A stretch of DNA of 52,734 nt from an uncultured archaeon (lineage in GTDB: Archaea > Asgardarchaeota > Heimdallarchaeia > Heimdallarchaeales > Heimdallarchaeaceae). Location: assembly GCA_964534625.1 (NCBI GenBank), contig CAZHRF010000018.1:1-52734 (forward strand), read 5' to 3'. The position numbers were made by a program, and so were the translations under genes. Under the pieces are notes generated by a model. The model made no database searches. It saw only the letters and a program-made list of their open reading frames with translations, and was not told the origin of the DNA. Position 1 is the stretch's first letter. Each line of letters starts with the position of its first letter. Shown here piece after piece: positions 51,090 through 52,734 of the stretch.

Positions 51090-51929
51090 ATGTCAGACAA
51101 TGAGGATAACAACGGTACTAATGAAGAAGCAAAAGAAGAAAATAAACAAGAGACAAAGGACTTGGATACAATTCACGCAAGATTCAATGTTGACATATGG
51201 GCAAGTGAGCTACATAAAGAAGAGATAGGTTTTTTCAAGGACGCCCGCAGGGCATTTAAGGATCGTCAGTGGTCTAAAGATAGCGAAATTCTTGGTATGG
51301 TTCAACGTGATGATGAGGAATTTGGCCCTTTAGCTTTCCGTGAAGGCGAGTGGCAAGTTGATAATTTTATTGACTCCAAGTTAGTGATCAAGTCTTTCAC
51401 ACCGAGTAATTATTGGCGAGCTTCAATAGAATTTCTCCCCGGTAAGAGCATAATGTTATCGCATGTGAGTAATGAACCTACACCGGCATTTATTGTGAAT
51501 TATGACCGTAGTGATTTTGTTACGCGCATTCACAAAGTACCTCATAAACGATCTTTCAGAGGCGAAACTTGGGGCTTTGACCTTCTTCTTGACGACGGTG
51601 AGGTACGTTCTTTCTGCGTTGATGACAATCGTTTCACACTTTCTGATGACTTCTATATCAAGGATATTCATAATAATGTCATTGGTGAAATCGATGGTAA
51701 ATTTTTAAACGTCGGCGGTAGATATGATATTAAAATTTATGACGCGGATCTTGCTAGTGATAAGAGATTTTATATGACTATTATTCTCTTTACTTCTGTC
51801 ATCGAATTTCTTGACGAGCTCAATGATCGCATTAAAATTATGGTTGGCAAACTTCGTCGCGGAGAAAAATTACAGTTAGATCATCACAGCGAAGAGTTGT
51901 ACTATAACCCCCGTAAACTTCACGGCTAA
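51090..51929 (+). CDS. LURP-one/tubby/scramblase-like protein, paralog 2
   Basis: FTLSDDFYIKD....IGEIDGKFLNVGGRYDIKI followed by hydrophobic helix; strong similarity to paralog 1. Confidence 0.75.
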   Translation: MSDNEDNNGTNEEAKEENKQETKDLDTIHARFNVDIWASELHKEEIGFFKDARRAFKDRQWSKDSEILGMVQRDDEEFGPLAFREGEWQVDNFIDSKLVIKSFTPSNYWRASIEFLPGKSIMLSHVSNEPTPAFIVNYDRSDFVTRIHKVPHKRSFRGETWGFDLLLDDGEVRSFCVDDNRFTLSDDFYIKDIHNNVIGEIDGKFLNVGGRYDIKIYDADLASDKRFYMTIILFTSVIEFLDELNDRIKIMVGKLRRGEKLQLDHHSEELYYNPRKLHG

Positions 51930-52164
51930 TTTTCTCCCTTTTTTCTTTAAGCTTTGATTTCTTTCTTCTTTTTGCTTTCATTTTCGTTTTGAGTATTAGA
52001 GGGACATTTTAGTTCTTAGATTTTTTTTTACTTCTCTGTTCTATTCTTTTTTTCAAACTATTTAAAAAAAGAGAGAAAAGAATGTGCATTTCATGAGTAG
52101 TTTCACATTAAATCCTCCTTACTCTTAATTTTCTATTTGCTCCTATTTTTTCTTTTTTTCTTTT

Positions 52165-52413
52165 TTAATACCCTAACCACGCACCCCAAGAGAACCCTAT
52201 TATAGTTATAGGTTCGTTTCCTTTTTCATGAATTATTTGATATAATTCTTCTATTTGCCCTTGTATAGTTGGTTTTGTTTGATAGGTTTCTATAATCCCG
52301 TATTCTTTTTCTAGTTCTAGAGCTACTTCTGTCATCTCTCCCCAAGCTCCTGGTCCACCATGAAGAAGAATTACCCTATAAGGTTCTTTTCCGTACAATC
52401 GATAGTTTTTCAT
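52165..52413 (-). pseudogene. Truncated alpha/beta hydrolase
   Basis: LLHGGPG and nucleophile GFSWG, then stop at 82 aa followed by an A-rich tract; catalytic Asp/His region absent. Confidence 0.75.
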
Positions 52414-52734
52414 CTTATTATTGACCTTTTTACTTACTTAATAAATTAAGCCTTTTGTATTCCTCATTTTTGGAATAAAGCCTATTCTTTTCAAACTTCT
52501 AGATAATATGGGTAATCACTTACGAAACAATCCAACTGATAATTTGTTTTTATGTCCTTTAGGTAGGACTAATAAATGAAAATAGGTGATACAAACAAAT
52601 GGTTTAATTGTCAAATAAATTCCATTACAGAAATTAAATATACAATATATACAAGACAATATGATATGTCTACGGATACATGTGCAAAATGATATATAAA
52701 GGAGATAAAATGTTTGGCGAAACAATTAAATACA

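Noticed and set aside
439-51708. Numerous 60-140 aa ORFs overlapping larger genes (e.g. 6653-6973, 19694-20035, 30864-31292, 40966-41307, 44176-44523, 50055-50411)
   Set aside because: Antisense or off-frame shadows of well-supported genes, with no independent motifs.
52516-52725. 69-aa minus-strand ORF at the window edge
   Set aside because: No motif; may be an off-frame read of a gene running beyond the window, so it cannot be supported.
1-52734. CRISPR array, integrase, transposase or provirus at the tRNA-Gly
   Set aside because: No regularly spaced repeats with spacers, no recombinase motifs and no duplicated tRNA 3' end seen.

Overview
AT-rich archaeal chromosomal window, most likely from an Asgard archaeon (Heimdallarchaeia-like). 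That assignment is inferred from the archaeal class I CCA enzyme/ThpR/RNase Z/Trm11/Prs/LonB cluster together with longin-like proteins and an ARPC4-like protein. It contains about 45 CDS, one tRNA-Gly(CCC) with an encoded CCA, a probable box C/D guide sRNA, several repeats and a decaying right end with four broken genes. Most notable: (1) a candidate membrane-cytoskeleton locus, where an MFS transporter tail matches the beta-thymosin/WH2 actin-binding motif at 11/13 residues and lies next to a ParM/Ta0583-like actin and two small paralogs with amphipathic N-termini; (2) an Arp2/3 subunit ARPC4-like protein with an added Cys cluster; (3) a C/D sRNA with covarying K-turn boxes whose guide fits the LSU rRNA site methylated in yeast by snR13; (4) apparent pseudo-enzymes: a CCA enzyme missing two catalytic carboxylates, a SufS lacking the PLP lysine and a PolB lacking the ExoI acids; (5) ~70-bp inverted repeats bracketing the first 6.3 kb, which also holds an IS200/IS605-type end and an exact 71-bp copy of downstream coding DNA. 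All family calls come from motif recognition and recalled reference sequences; no searches were run.
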